From assembly GCA_039812125.1 (NCBI GenBank), contig JBDHZV010000002.1, positions 1,877-65,876 of the forward strand: a DNA stretch of 64,000 nucleotides, in the 5' to 3' direction. Of the stretch, positions 18,265-28,970 are shown in pieces (positions within the stretch are counted from its first letter, which is position 1; every line of letters starts with the position of its first letter). The DNA comes from Candidatus Nanopelagicales bacterium. GTDB lineage: Bacteria; Actinomycetota; Actinomycetes; S36-B12; CAIYMF01. The translations under genes and the position numbers were made by a program. Below the pieces are notes generated by a model that did not search any database, had not been told where the DNA came from, and saw only the letters and a program-made list of their open reading frames with translations.

Positions 18265-19263
18265 ATGTCCGATCGCCCCGAGCCGCTGCTGTCCGCCGTG
18301 GGCCTGGTGCGCGAGCTGCCGGTGCGGGCATGGTGGCAGCGCGGCCGCACCGGGGTCCTGGCTGTCGACGGCCTCGACCTGGAGGTGCACGAGCGCGAGG
18401 TCGTCGCCGTGACCGGCGTGGCGGGCTCGGGCAGGACGACGCTGGGCCGCCTGCTGTCCGGGGACCTGTCGCCCTCTGGAGGTCGGGTGCTCGTCGACGG
18501 GCAGGCCCTCGCGGACGCCCCGTCGGGCAGCGTGGTGCTGCTGCCCCTGCCCACTGCGGCACGACTGCCCCGCCGTGCGACTGCGGGTGCGCTGCTGTTC
18601 CCGGCCGACGGGTCGCTGTCGCGCGCCGCGCTGGTCGCCCAGCTGGCCGAGCGAGTGGGGGTGACCCCGGACCTCCTCGACCGCCGCATCGACCACCTGG
18701 CCTCCGACGAGCGTCGGGCAGTGCTCGTCGCCCTTGCGCTGGGAGCCCTCCCGCGCCTGGTCGTCCTGGACGGCGAGACCGACGTCGACCCCGGCCTGCG
18801 TGCGGGCATCCAGGGGGCCCTGGGGCTGCTGCGTGAGCAGGTCGGCACGGCTGTGGTCGTCCTGGCCGCTGCCGGGGAGCCGATGCCGCAGGCGGACCGC
18901 CTGGTCGTGCTCGACTCGGGGCGGATCGTGGAGGATGGCGCGCCGGGCGACCTCGCCCGCCAGGCGCTGCACCCGCTGTCCGACCGACTCCTGTCCGGTC
19001 CTCGCGACGCCACCGGTCCCGCGGCCGGGACGCCGGGACGGGCCGAGCAGGCCCCCACCGGCTGCGCCTATCGCGATCGCTGCGCCCTGGCCCAGGACGT
19101 CTGCGCTTCCGCCCGGCCCCGGCTGGAGCGCCCGCTCGGCGCGAGCCATCGGGTGGCCTGCCATTTCCCGCTGCACCTGCGGGTCCCGGACCCCGCAGGT
19201 CCGGGACGCGTGATCGTCCTGCCCGACGCCGAGCCCACGGCCTGGGAGTTCGCGCGCGACTGA
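18265..19263 (+). CDS. Degenerate third ABC ATPase-like protein
   Basis: ORF 18259..19263, ATG at 18265 behind GGGAGG. It has an NBD-like fold, but Walker A is GVAGSGRTT (Lys to Arg), the signature position reads LASDERR and Walker B reads LVVLDGETD. It retains the oligopeptide C-terminal Cys motif GCAYRDRCALAQDVC...VACHFP. Confidence 0.6.
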   Translation: MSDRPEPLLSAVGLVRELPVRAWWQRGRTGVLAVDGLDLEVHEREVVAVTGVAGSGRTTLGRLLSGDLSPSGGRVLVDGQALADAPSGSVVLLPLPTAARLPRRATAGALLFPADGSLSRAALVAQLAERVGVTPDLLDRRIDHLASDERRAVLVALALGALPRLVVLDGETDVDPGLRAGIQGALGLLREQVGTAVVVLAAAGEPMPQADRLVVLDSGRIVEDGAPGDLARQALHPLSDRLLSGPRDATGPAAGTPGRAEQAPTGCAYRDRCALAQDVCASARPRLERPLGASHRVACHFPLHLRVPDPAGPGRVIVLPDAEPTAWEFARD

Positions 19264-19354
19264 CCCGTGGGACCCGGGGCGGCTCGGGGTGGCGCACCTG
19301 CCGCGGCCGGTCGGACGCGCTGCCGGTGCGGCCGTGCCCCGCTAGCCTCGGCCC

Positions 19355-20251
19355 ATGCCCAGTCCCGCTCAAGTGCCCCTCCTGTTCGTCCACGCCCATC
19401 CCGACGACGAGACCATCGCCACCGGGGCGACGATGGCACGGTACGCGGCCGACCCCCGGGCGCACGTCACCCTGGTCACCTGCACCTCAGGGGAGGAGGG
19501 CGAGATCCTGGTCCCGGCGCTGGCCCACCTGGCAGCCGACCAGGACGACTCCCTGGGCGCGCACCGTCGCGGGGAGCTGGCTGCTGCGATGGCTGCCCTG
19601 GGGGTCACGGACTGGCGGTTGCTCGGGGGGGAGGGCCGCTACCGGGACTCCGGCATGATCGGCACCCCGCCCAACCAGCGGTCGGACTGCTTCTGGCGCG
19701 CCGACCTGCTGGAGGCCGCGTCACACCTGGTCGCAGTGATCCGGCAGGTGCGTCCTCGCGTCCTGGTCACCTACGACGAGGTCGGGGGATACGGCCACCC
19801 CGACCACATCCAGGCCCACCGGATCGCCACCTATGCCACCGCGCTGGCCGCGGCGCCGTCGTTCCGCGCGGACCTCGGTCCCGCGCACCGCATCGACAAG
19901 GTGTACTGGTCGGCGTTCCCCCGCTCGGTGCTGAGGGAGGGCATCGACGCGCTGCGCGCCGCCGGACAGACCACCGGGTTCGCCGCCATGGACCCCGACG
20001 ACCTGCCGTTCGCCGTCGACGACGCCCTGATCACCACGGCGATCGACGGCAGCAACGTCCATGCCGCCAAGCTCGCAGCGATGCGTGCCCACGCGACCCA
20101 GATCTCGGTGGCGGACGGGTTCTTCGCCCTGAGCAACAACCTGGGCTCGCCGGCCCTGAGCACGGAGTTCTTCCGGCTGGTGTCGGGCACGCCGGGCTCG
20201 CCCGGCCCGCACGGGTGGGAGACCGACCTGCTGGCCGGGCTCACCGGCTGA
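19355..20251 (+). CDS. mshB: N-acetyl-1-D-myo-inosityl-2-amino-2-deoxy-alpha-D-glucopyranoside deacetylase (mycothiol biosynthesis)
   Basis: [31 protein letters not shown] and [13 protein letters not shown] are the MshB/Mca zinc motifs. The length is 298 aa. Confidence 0.85.
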   Translation: MPSPAQVPLLFVHAHPDDETIATGATMARYAADPRAHVTLVTCTSGEEGEILVPALAHLAADQDDSLGAHRRGELAAAMAALGVTDWRLLGGEGRYRDSGMIGTPPNQRSDCFWRADLLEAASHLVAVIRQVRPRVLVTYDEVGGYGHPDHIQAHRIATYATALAAAPSFRADLGPAHRIDKVYWSAFPRSVLREGIDALRAAGQTTGFAAMDPDDLPFAVDDALITTAIDGSNVHAAKLAAMRAHATQISVADGFFALSNNLGSPALSTEFFRLVSGTPGSPGPHGWETDLLAGLTG

Positions 20252-20272
20252 CCGGCGCGACGCCCGGGCCTG

Positions 20273-21016
20273 CTAGAGCTCGGCCACCGCCATGGCGGCC
20301 CCGGCGATGCCGGCCTGGTTCTCCAGCGTGGCCGGGACGAGCTCGGCGTTGATCGACAGCAGCGGCAGGAACTTCGCATGCTTGCGGCTGACCCCGCCGC
20401 CGACGATGATCAGGTCCGGCGAGAACAGGAAGTCCAGGGTCTCGTAGTAGCGCTGCAGGCGCGGTGCCCACTCCTTGTAGGTCAGGCCCTCACGCTCCTT
20501 GGCCGCAGCCGAGGCCCGGGTCTCGGCATCCACCCCGTCGACCTCCAGGTGGCCCAGCTCCGTGTTCGGGACCAGCTTGCCGTCCAGGAACATGGCCGAC
20601 CCGATGCCGGTGCCCAGGGTGGTCACGATCACGACCCCCTCGCGGCCCTTGCCCGCTCCGAAGTCCATCTCGGCCAGACCGGCGGCGTCGGCGTCGTTGA
20701 GGACGGCGACCTTCTGCCCGCAGCGCTGCGCCAGGATGCCGGCGAAGTCCACTCCGAGCCAGTGGCTGCCCAGGTTGGCCGCCGAGTGCAGCACGCCGTG
20801 CTTGACGATGCCGGGGAAGGTGCAGCCGAACGGGCCGTCCCAGTCACCCATGGCGACCACGTCCAGGACCGTCTGGACCACCTCGTCGATGTCGTACGAG
20901 CGCGGCGTGGGGATCTTGTACCGCTCGCTGGCCAGCTCCCCGGTGGCCAGGTCGACCCGCGCTCCCTTGATCCCGCTGCCGCCGATGTCCACGCCGAAGC
21001 CGATTCCTGGGGTCAT
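20273..21016 (-). CDS. ppgK: Polyphosphate glucokinase (ROK family)
   Basis: Only the last 247 codons of ORF 20273..22651 look real. They start at the ATG at 21016: MTPGIGFGVDIGGSGIKGARVDL..., then VLNDADAAGLAE and TLGTGIGSA. Confidence 0.85.
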   Translation of the reverse strand: MTPGIGFGVDIGGSGIKGARVDLATGELASERYKIPTPRSYDIDEVVQTVLDVVAMGDWDGPFGCTFPGIVKHGVLHSAANLGSHWLGVDFAGILAQRCGQKVAVLNDADAAGLAEMDFGAGKGREGVVIVTTLGTGIGSAMFLDGKLVPNTELGHLEVDGVDAETRASAAAKEREGLTYKEWAPRLQRYYETLDFLFSPDLIIVGGGVSRKHAKFLPLLSINAELVPATLENQAGIAGAAMAVAEL

Positions 21017-21193
21017 GGGGGGATTGTAGGGTCTGGGCTCCCGGCCACGCAGGCCGTGGCCGGTCCGACGGCGGGCCTGCTGCCCGGCGTGCCGACAGCC
21101 TGCCCGGGGCTGGCCGGCGACCGCGCGGGGGGTTGGTCCGATCGTGTGAAGTGGCCCGGTCCCGCTCAACCCGGCGGTCGCGCCTCCGGCACC

Positions 21194-23107
21194 ATGGCGG
21201 CACAGGAGGTCGTGCTGATGCCGATGCTGGACGATGCCGGGGCCGGTCGCATGCCATTGTCGGCAAGCGACGTGGGAGCGGCCCGGGAGCGCGCCCGCGC
21301 CCGCCGCCTGGGGTGGATCGCGCTGCTGCTGGCGCTCCCCGGCGCCTGGCTGTGGTTCCGCATCATCACCGGCGAACCGGTGGACGTCACGGCGCTGTCC
21401 CTGCCGCAGATCGACCCGTTCCTGCTGATCGTCTTCCTGTTCTTCGCCGTCATGGCCTTCTCGGTGCTCGGGATGACACTGTTCGCCGGTCGCAGCCCGC
21501 ACCTGACCGTGCGTCCCGAGCAGATCGACGTCCGCCTCGACGACGTCAAGGGCATCGACCCGGTCAAGGCCGACGTGGTGCGATCGCTGAACCTGTTCCT
21601 GGCCCATCGGGCCTTCCGCGACCAGATGGGCGGCACCCCCCGCCGCGGGCTGCTCTTCGAGGGCGCTCCCGGAACGGGCAAGACCTACCTGGCCAAGGCG
21701 ATGGCCGCCGAGGCCGGCGTGCCGTTCCTGTTCGTGTCCGCCACGAGCTTCCAGTCGATGTACTACGGGGCCACCGCCCGCAAGATCCGCTCCTACTTCA
21801 AGGCGCTGCGCCGGGCCGCCCGCCAGGAGGGCGGCGCCATCGGCTTCATCGAGGAGATCGACGCCATCGCCACCACCCGGCAGGGGATGGCCTCCGCGGC
21901 CACGGCCGTGGCCCCGACCACCACCGCGCCGCTGGCCTGCGGCGGCCTGTGCGGCCTGCCGGCCACGGGCAAGGCGCCCGGCGGTCCCGTGATCAACCGG
22001 GTGGTGTCCGAGGGCACCGGGGGCGTCGTCAACGAGCTGCTGGTGCAGATGCAGTCGTTCGACCAGCCGGACGGGTGGTCCCGGCTGACGGCCTGGGTGG
22101 TCGATCGCGTGAACCTGCTGCTGCCGGTCGGCCGGCAGCTGCGCCGCCCGGTCCCGGACCCCTCGACGATCCTGCTCATCGCGGCCACCAACCGGGCCGA
22201 CAACCTCGACCCGGCGCTGCTGCGCCCCGGCCGGTTCGATCGGCGGTTGACCTTCGAGCCGCCCACGCGCGCGGGCCGCCTCGAGCTGATCGAGCACGTC
22301 CTGGTCCGCCGGGCGCACGATCCGGAGCTGGACGACCCGGAGATCCGCGCCGGCATCGCCGCGGTGATGCAGGGCTACACCCCCGTGATGATCGAGCACG
22401 TCTTCGACGAGGCGCTGGTCAGCGCCCTGCGGTGCGGGCGGCACGCCATGAACCGCTCCGACGTCGAGACCGCCCGGCTGACCGAGGAGATCGGGCTGGG
22501 CCAGCCCGTGGCCTACACCTCCCACGAGGCGCGCCTGATCGCCACCCACGAGTCCGGGCACGCCGCGATGGCCCACCTGGTGGCGCCGCTGCGCCGACTC
22601 GAGGTCCTCAGCATGATCAAGCGCCGGGACGCCCTGGGCATGCTGGCCCACGGCGACTCCGAGGAGGTCTACACGCGGTCCTCGTCCGAGCTGCGGGCGC
22701 TGATCCAGATCGCCATGGGAGGCATGGTCGCCGAGGAGCTCTTCTTCGGCGACACGTCGACCGGTCCGGCCGGCGACCTGGCCTACGCGACCACTGTGGC
22801 CGCCCAGATGGTCGGAGCCTCGGGGATGGCCGGGTCGCTGATCAGCCTGTCAGCGGTGCAGCACGGCGTCCTGTCGGACTCCAACCTGGTCGGACGGGTG
22901 CTGGCTGACCCGGCGGGGCGGGAGGCGGTCGAGGCCATCCTCGACGAGCAGCGGGAGGTGGCCCGCAGGCTGCTGCGCAGCCACCGGCACGTCGTGGCGG
23001 CGCTGCGCGACGCCCTGCTGGAGCGCCACGAGCTGGTGGGCCGCGAGATCCTCGACGTCATCGAGGGCGCCGCGATCGACCTGCGCGACACGAGCCCCAC
23101 GCGATAG
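21194..23107 (+). CDS. FtsH-like AAA+ zinc metalloprotease paralogue with insertions in the AAA module
   Basis: Part of ORF 20378..23107, starting at the ATG at 21194. Two N-terminal TM helices, Walker A GAPGTGKTYLAKA, Walker B IGFIEEIDA, sensor-1 IAATNR, arginine finger LLRPGRFDR and protease motif HESGHA. Confidence 0.8.
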   Translation: MAAQEVVLMPMLDDAGAGRMPLSASDVGAARERARARRLGWIALLLALPGAWLWFRIITGEPVDVTALSLPQIDPFLLIVFLFFAVMAFSVLGMTLFAGRSPHLTVRPEQIDVRLDDVKGIDPVKADVVRSLNLFLAHRAFRDQMGGTPRRGLLFEGAPGTGKTYLAKAMAAEAGVPFLFVSATSFQSMYYGATARKIRSYFKALRRAARQEGGAIGFIEEIDAIATTRQGMASAATAVAPTTTAPLACGGLCGLPATGKAPGGPVINRVVSEGTGGVVNELLVQMQSFDQPDGWSRLTAWVVDRVNLLLPVGRQLRRPVPDPSTILLIAATNRADNLDPALLRPGRFDRRLTFEPPTRAGRLELIEHVLVRRAHDPELDDPEIRAGIAAVMQGYTPVMIEHVFDEALVSALRCGRHAMNRSDVETARLTEEIGLGQPVAYTSHEARLIATHESGHAAMAHLVAPLRRLEVLSMIKRRDALGMLAHGDSEEVYTRSSSELRALIQIAMGGMVAEELFFGDTSTGPAGDLAYATTVAAQMVGASGMAGSLISLSAVQHGVLSDSNLVGRVLADPAGREAVEAILDEQREVARRLLRSHRHVVAALRDALLERHELVGREILDVIEGAAIDLRDTSPTR

Positions 23108-23113
23108 GCGGGC

Positions 23114-24388
<1,275 letters not shown>

Positions 24389-24554
24389 GCGGATCCTCTC
24401 GACAAGGGCCACCACGTCGGCCGCAGATGCGGCACAGAATACCCAGAGGTGACGGGGCGGGCCCCCGGGCGAGGGGGTGGCCCTGTCGCGAAACCATGTG
24501 AGCGGTGCAGGGGGTGGCCGGCGTCCCGGCCGGCGGACGGTGTTCTATGTGCAC

Positions 24555-25199
24555 ATGCGCCTGGACCATGTCTCGTACGCCGCCCCTGCCGAGCACCTCG
24601 CCGACACCGTGCAGCGGATCGGGTCGGCCGTGGGCGCGTCGTTCGTCGACGGGGGCATCCACCCGCGGTTCGGGACCCGCAACTTCGTCCTGCCGCTGGC
24701 CGGCGGAACGTACATCGAGGTCGTGGCGGCGCTGGACCATCCCGCCGCGGAGTCGGCCCCGTTCGGCCGCGCGGTCGCGCGCCGGGCGGCCGAGGGTGGC
24801 GGCTGGCTCGGCTGGGTCGTCGCGGTCTCCGACATGGGCCGGGTGGAGGCCCGGCTCGGCCGCCCGGCGGTCCCCGGTCACCGGATCCGCCCGGACGGCT
24901 TCGACCTGACCTGGCGCCAGCTCGGCATCCTGGACACGATGGCCGATCCGCAGCTGCCCTACTTCGTGGCGTGGGACGTCGACCCGGCGCACCACCCGTC
25001 GGCCGGCGGGCACGACGCCGTCATCGCCGAACTGGAGATCGCCGGGTCGCCGGAGCGCATCTCGGCCTGGCTCGGCGAGCCGGCGAACCATCCCCTCGAC
25101 GAGGTCGAGGTCCACTGGCTCGACGAGTCCGACCCGGCCGGACCCGGCCTGGTCGCCGTCACCCTGCACACGCCGCGTGGTCCGGTGCGCGTCGACTGA
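24555..25199 (+). CDS. VOC/glyoxalase-like domain protein
   Basis: ORF 24477..25199 trimmed to the ATG at 24555. MRLDHVSYA... GTRNFVLPL.GGTYIEVV... LPYFVAWD matches the Glyoxalase-like (Glyoxalase_3) pattern as I recall it. Confidence 0.55.
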   Translation: MRLDHVSYAAPAEHLADTVQRIGSAVGASFVDGGIHPRFGTRNFVLPLAGGTYIEVVAALDHPAAESAPFGRAVARRAAEGGGWLGWVVAVSDMGRVEARLGRPAVPGHRIRPDGFDLTWRQLGILDTMADPQLPYFVAWDVDPAHHPSAGGHDAVIAELEIAGSPERISAWLGEPANHPLDEVEVHWLDESDPAGPGLVAVTLHTPRGPVRVD

Positions 25200-25227
25200 G
25201 TGCGACCCCGCAGGCCCGGGCGGCAGC

Positions 25228-26307
25228 TCAGGGCACCAGCCGCCCGGCAGCCGCCTCGACGCGCTCGTCGGTCGCGGTGAGCGCCACCCGCACGTGCTGG
25301 CCGCCTGCGCGGCCGTAGAACTCGCCGGGGGCCACGAGGATCCCCCGCTCGGCCAGCCAGTCGACGGTGTCCCAGCACGGCTCGTCCCGGGTCGCCCACA
25401 GGTACAGGCCGGCCTCGGAGTGCTCGATGCGCAGCCCCGCCTCCGTGAGCGCGGCGTGCAGGACCTCGCGTCGGGCCCGGTACCGGGCGCGCTGCTGCGC
25501 CACGTGCGTGTCATCGCCGAGCGCCGCGACGGCTGCGGCCTGCACCGGCCCGGGGACGATCATCCCGGCGTGCTTGCGCACCTCGAGCAGTTGCGCCACC
25601 ACGGTGGGGTCACCGGCGACGAATCCGAACCGGTAGCCCGCGAGGTTGGAGCGCTTCGACAGCGAGTGCAGCGCGAGCACGCCGGTCGGGTCGCCCCCGC
25701 ACACGGCCGGGTCCAGGACCGACACCGGCTGGGCGGTCCAGGGCAGCTCGAAGTAGCACTCGTCGGACACGACGAGGGCGCCGCGCGACCGGGCCCAGTC
25801 GACGACCTTGGCCATGTGCTCGGCCGGCAGCACCCGTCCGGTCGGGTTGCTGGGGGAGTTCAACCACACCAGGCGCACGGGGGCGGGCCCCACCGCGGTC
25901 AGCGCGTCCGTGGCCAGCACCTGCGCGCCGGCCAGGCGAGCGCCGACGTCGTAGGTCGGGTAGGCCAGCTCCGGGATGACGACGCGGTCGCGCGGCCCGA
26001 GACCCAGCAGGGTGGGCAGCCAGGCCACGAGCTCCTTCGTGCCGATGGTCGGCAGCACGTCCACGTCATCGGGGGCGTGCAGCACTCGTCCCACCCAGGT
26101 CCGGATCGCTGCGCGGGTGGCCGGAGCACCAGTGGTCAGCGGGTATCCGGGGGCGTTGCTCGCCGCCTCGAGCGCCCGCGCCACCACCGCGGGCGTGGGG
26201 TCGACGGGTGTGCCGATCGACAGGTCGACGATCCCGTCCGGGTGCTCCCGGGCGCGAGCGGCGTACGGCGCCAACCGGTCCCAGGGGAAGTCAGGCAGCG
26301 CTCTCAG
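25228..26307 (-). CDS. dapC: Succinyldiaminopimelate aminotransferase (actinobacterial DapC type, class I aminotransferase)
   Basis: LPDFPWDRLAPYAARAREHPDGIVDLSIGTPVDPTP, NSPSNPTG and SLSKRSNLAGYRFG (PLP lysine). It lies immediately downstream of fdxA, as in mycobacteria. The start codon is unresolved (see findings); 26307 is a CTG. Confidence 0.8.
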   Translation of the reverse strand: MRALPDFPWDRLAPYAARAREHPDGIVDLSIGTPVDPTPAVVARALEAASNAPGYPLTTGAPATRAAIRTWVGRVLHAPDDVDVLPTIGTKELVAWLPTLLGLGPRDRVVIPELAYPTYDVGARLAGAQVLATDALTAVGPAPVRLVWLNSPSNPTGRVLPAEHMAKVVDWARSRGALVVSDECYFELPWTAQPVSVLDPAVCGGDPTGVLALHSLSKRSNLAGYRFGFVAGDPTVVAQLLEVRKHAGMIVPGPVQAAAVAALGDDTHVAQQRARYRARREVLHAALTEAGLRIEHSEAGLYLWATRDEPCWDTVDWLAERGILVAPGEFYGRAGGQHVRVALTATDERVEAAAGRLVP

Positions 26308-26630
26308 TGGTCGTGCTCCTGAGGCGGCAGGGCCTTGACCAGCGGCACGTCGTTGGCGATCAGGCCCAGCTTGGCTGCCCCACCCGGGGAGCCGAGCTCG
26401 GTGAAGAAGTCCGCGTTGGCAGCCGTGTAGTCGCTCCACTCGGCCGGCACGTCGTCCTCGTAGAAGATCGCCTCCACGGGGCAGACAGGCTCGCACGCCC
26501 CGCAGTCCACGCACTCGTCGGGGTGGATGTAGAGCATCCGCTCGCCCTCGTAGATGCAGTCGACGGGGCATTCCTCGATGCAGGCCTTGTCCTTGAGGTC
26601 GACGCAGGGCAGGGCGATCACGTAGGTCAT
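26304..26630 (-). CDS. fdxA: 7Fe ferredoxin (3Fe-4S plus 4Fe-4S)
   Basis: MTYVIALPCVDLKDKACIEECPVDCIY...CVDCGACEPVCPVEAI has the canonical Cys spacing of actinobacterial FdxA/FdxC. Confidence 0.95.
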   Translation of the reverse strand: MTYVIALPCVDLKDKACIEECPVDCIYEGERMLYIHPDECVDCGACEPVCPVEAIFYEDDVPAEWSDYTAANADFFTELGSPGGAAKLGLIANDVPLVKALPPQEHDH

Positions 26631-26664
26631 CGGATCTCCAATCTCGTTCCGGCTGGGCCGAATC

Positions 26665-28443
26665 CTATTGGGTGGCGTCCCCGGTGTCGTCCGTCGGTTC
26701 CGGCTTGGGGGTGGGCTTCGGGGTCGGCTTGGGTCCGCAGATCACGTGGGGGGTGGGCTTGTACGTCGTCGGCCAGGTCTCGGTGCGCACCGCCCGGCCG
26801 TCCGACCAGAGCCGTCGGGTCACGGCGATGGAGAACCCCTGGACCCCCTCCGAGGGCACGCAGCCGGCCTTGTCGTCGTACACGGTGGTGAACCCCGTGT
26901 AGCTGTGCCGCGGCGTGAAGCTCGCCGTGACCTTGTCGTACTTCTTGGTGCCCCACATCGTGACCCGCACGCCGTCGTTGTACCGCGTCGCGGTGATGAG
27001 CACGCCATGACCGGTGTCGTTCCTCATCCGCAGGTCCAGCGCGCCCCACGCCACGGTGGCCTCCAGGCCGGCCTGGTAGCGGCTGATGTACAGGCCGTGG
27101 GCGTGCTGCTCGACCCGCTCGAGGCCGGCGTGGAACCCGGCGGTCCAGGTGGCGGTCGTGATGATGGACACCCCGCCGCCGAGCTCCTCACGGAACCGGC
27201 CCCCCGAGATGATGAACCCCGTGGTGTACCCGTTGGCGACGGTGCGCTCCTTGACGGTGTCGTTCATCGAGAACGTCTCGCCGGGCCGGATGATGGTGCC
27301 GTTGAGGTACTGGGCAGCCCGCCCGACGTTCTGGTAGCGGTACGCGGCAGGCGGGAACCACTGCCGGAACGACGAGAGCTTCTCCGTGATGCCCAGTTCC
27401 TTGGCGTCCGCGGTGGTGAACTCCGGGTCGCTGGCGGTGACCGCGACCGTGGCCACCCTGGCCCGGGTGTCGGTCTCGGAGAGCACCGGCAGCAGGGCGC
27501 CGGACAGGTCGTCGGGATCGACCGCGCGGCCGGCCCTGGACGGGACCACGACCGGCTTGTCCTTCACGATCTTGAAGGAGGCATCCCGGCCGGGGCGCTC
27601 CAGGGATCCCAGGTCGTCCGCCAGGGCGGCCCGCAGCGCGGCGCCGTCCAGGGCGGGCTCCAGGGTGCCGTCCGCCACGGCGAAGGTCAGGGCATCGGCG
27701 ATCACCCGGGCCGGGACCACCACCTCCTTCTTCGCGATCGTCACCGTCACCGGTGCGGCCACCGCAGGCTGTGCGACCCCGGACAGGACCTCCTCGGCGC
27801 GCTCGGCCGAGACGGTGGGCTGGACCGTCGTCATGGGCAGGGCCAGCGAGGTCGAGCGCGGGTCGAGGTAGCCCTCGGCGACGACGGCCGTCGCGGCCGC
27901 GAGGTCCAGGGAGCTGCCGGGCTTGCCCGGCTGCAGCGTGGCGACCGCCTTCTTCGAGTACGTGATCGTCGGCTCGGTCGCCGGGACGTCGGCGACGGTG
28001 GCCAGCCCGTCGAGAGCCTGGCCGAGCGCCTCGGTGTTGACGCGGGTCTCCGGCTCGACCTCGACCTGGCCGCTCAGGTGCCGCACCAGGGTCACGGGGT
28101 TGAGGATGAGCCCGGAGGCTCGCTCGACCGTGGCCTGCCAGTCCGGGGCCAGCCCGACAGCAGCGGGGTCCAGCTCGGTGGTGGTCTCCCCGGCGGTGAC
28201 GGGGATGGGTGCCGCCGCCGTCGTGGCGAGCTCGGACTCCAGGGTCTGCACGGCCTCCTGCTGGCTGCGGCCCCCGATGTCGACGCCGAGGACCGTCGTG
28301 CCCTGCGGCACCGGGCCCGAGACGGCGGCGACGGCGGCGAGGTATCCCGCGACGAGCAGGGCGGCGGCCAGCACGAGGGTGATCCACAGTCCGCGATGTC
28401 GGCGGCCGGGGCGATCCCCGGAGTTGGTCGTGGCATCGGTCAC
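26665..28443 (-). CDS. VanW/YoaR-like protein with an N-terminal TM anchor
   Basis: GTG start, one TM helix (LWITLVLAAALLVAGYLAAV), a long extracytoplasmic region, then a VanW-like segment (RPGETFSMNDTV..GYTTGFIISGGRF) and a C-terminal PTPKPTPKPEPT tail. Confidence 0.75.
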   Translation of the reverse strand: MTDATTNSGDRPGRRHRGLWITLVLAAALLVAGYLAAVAAVSGPVPQGTTVLGVDIGGRSQQEAVQTLESELATTAAAPIPVTAGETTTELDPAAVGLAPDWQATVERASGLILNPVTLVRHLSGQVEVEPETRVNTEALGQALDGLATVADVPATEPTITYSKKAVATLQPGKPGSSLDLAAATAVVAEGYLDPRSTSLALPMTTVQPTVSAERAEEVLSGVAQPAVAAPVTVTIAKKEVVVPARVIADALTFAVADGTLEPALDGAALRAALADDLGSLERPGRDASFKIVKDKPVVVPSRAGRAVDPDDLSGALLPVLSETDTRARVATVAVTASDPEFTTADAKELGITEKLSSFRQWFPPAAYRYQNVGRAAQYLNGTIIRPGETFSMNDTVKERTVANGYTTGFIISGGRFREELGGGVSIITTATWTAGFHAGLERVEQHAHGLYISRYQAGLEATVAWGALDLRMRNDTGHGVLITATRYNDGVRVTMWGTKKYDKVTASFTPRHSYTGFTTVYDDKAGCVPSEGVQGFSIAVTRRLWSDGRAVRTETWPTTYKPTPHVICGPKPTPKPTPKPEPTDDTGDATQ

Positions 28444-28471
28444 AGCACCAAGGGTAGGTGCTTGCGCAGCG

Positions 28472-28963
28472 TCAGGGTGCCAGGCTCCGGTACCGGGAGG
28501 CGAAGTAGACGGTGGGCGGGACCTCGGAGGTGGGCAGGTGCACGTCGGTGACCCGCCCGATCACGACGTCGTGGTCGCCGGCACGGATCACCTGCTCGGT
28601 GGCCAGCTCCAGCCCGGACAGCATCGCGTCGAGCAGGACCGCGCCGTTGCCGCCCCGATGGTGCGGGAAGGGGTCCAGCTGGCCGTCGAGCGGTCGGCCG
28701 CGGGTGGCGAACCAGCGGGCGGTGCCCTGGCCCCCCTCGGGCAGGAACCCCACCGCCCAGGTCCCCGAGCCCAGGATCGCCTCGTGGAACCGGGTGTCGC
28801 GCTGGACGCACACCAGGGCCATCACCGGGTCGAGGGAGACCGAGGCGAACGAGTTGGCCGTCATGGCGTGGTCGTGCCCCTGCCAGGTCGTGGTCACGAT
28901 CGCGATGCCGGTCGCGTACCGGGAGGCGGCCCGGCGGAACGCCTCGGGCGTCGGCTCGGTCAT
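28472..28963 (-). CDS. Flavin reductase-like (FMN-binding split barrel) protein
   Basis: ORF 28472..29026 trimmed to the ATG at 28963. FRRAASRYATGIAIVTT...AMTANSFASVSLDPVMALVCV is the typical flavin_reduct motif. Confidence 0.8.
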   Translation of the reverse strand: MTEPTPEAFRRAASRYATGIAIVTTTWQGHDHAMTANSFASVSLDPVMALVCVQRDTRFHEAILGSGTWAVGFLPEGGQGTARWFATRGRPLDGQLDPFPHHRGGNGAVLLDAMLSGLELATEQVIRAGDHDVVIGRVTDVHLPTSEVPPTVYFASRYRSLAP

Positions 28964-28970
28964 CGTCAGC

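Noticed and set aside
16979-19465. 828-aa minus-strand ORF covering the ABC ATPase genes, and other giant antisense ORFs (36554..39310, 45597..48692, 40265..42496, 58798..61323)
   Set aside because: The reasoning is the same. They lie antisense or out of frame to strongly supported genes (ABC NBDs, htrA/tatB, citE/ACAD, glgP, GT87 cluster) and are Arg/Pro/Gly-rich low-complexity translations.
20273-22651. 792-aa ORF suggesting a large fusion protein upstream of the ROK kinase
   Set aside because: Only the last 247 codons (from the ATG at 21016) look like a protein (ppgK). The upstream 545 codons are antisense to the FtsH-like gene and have junk composition.
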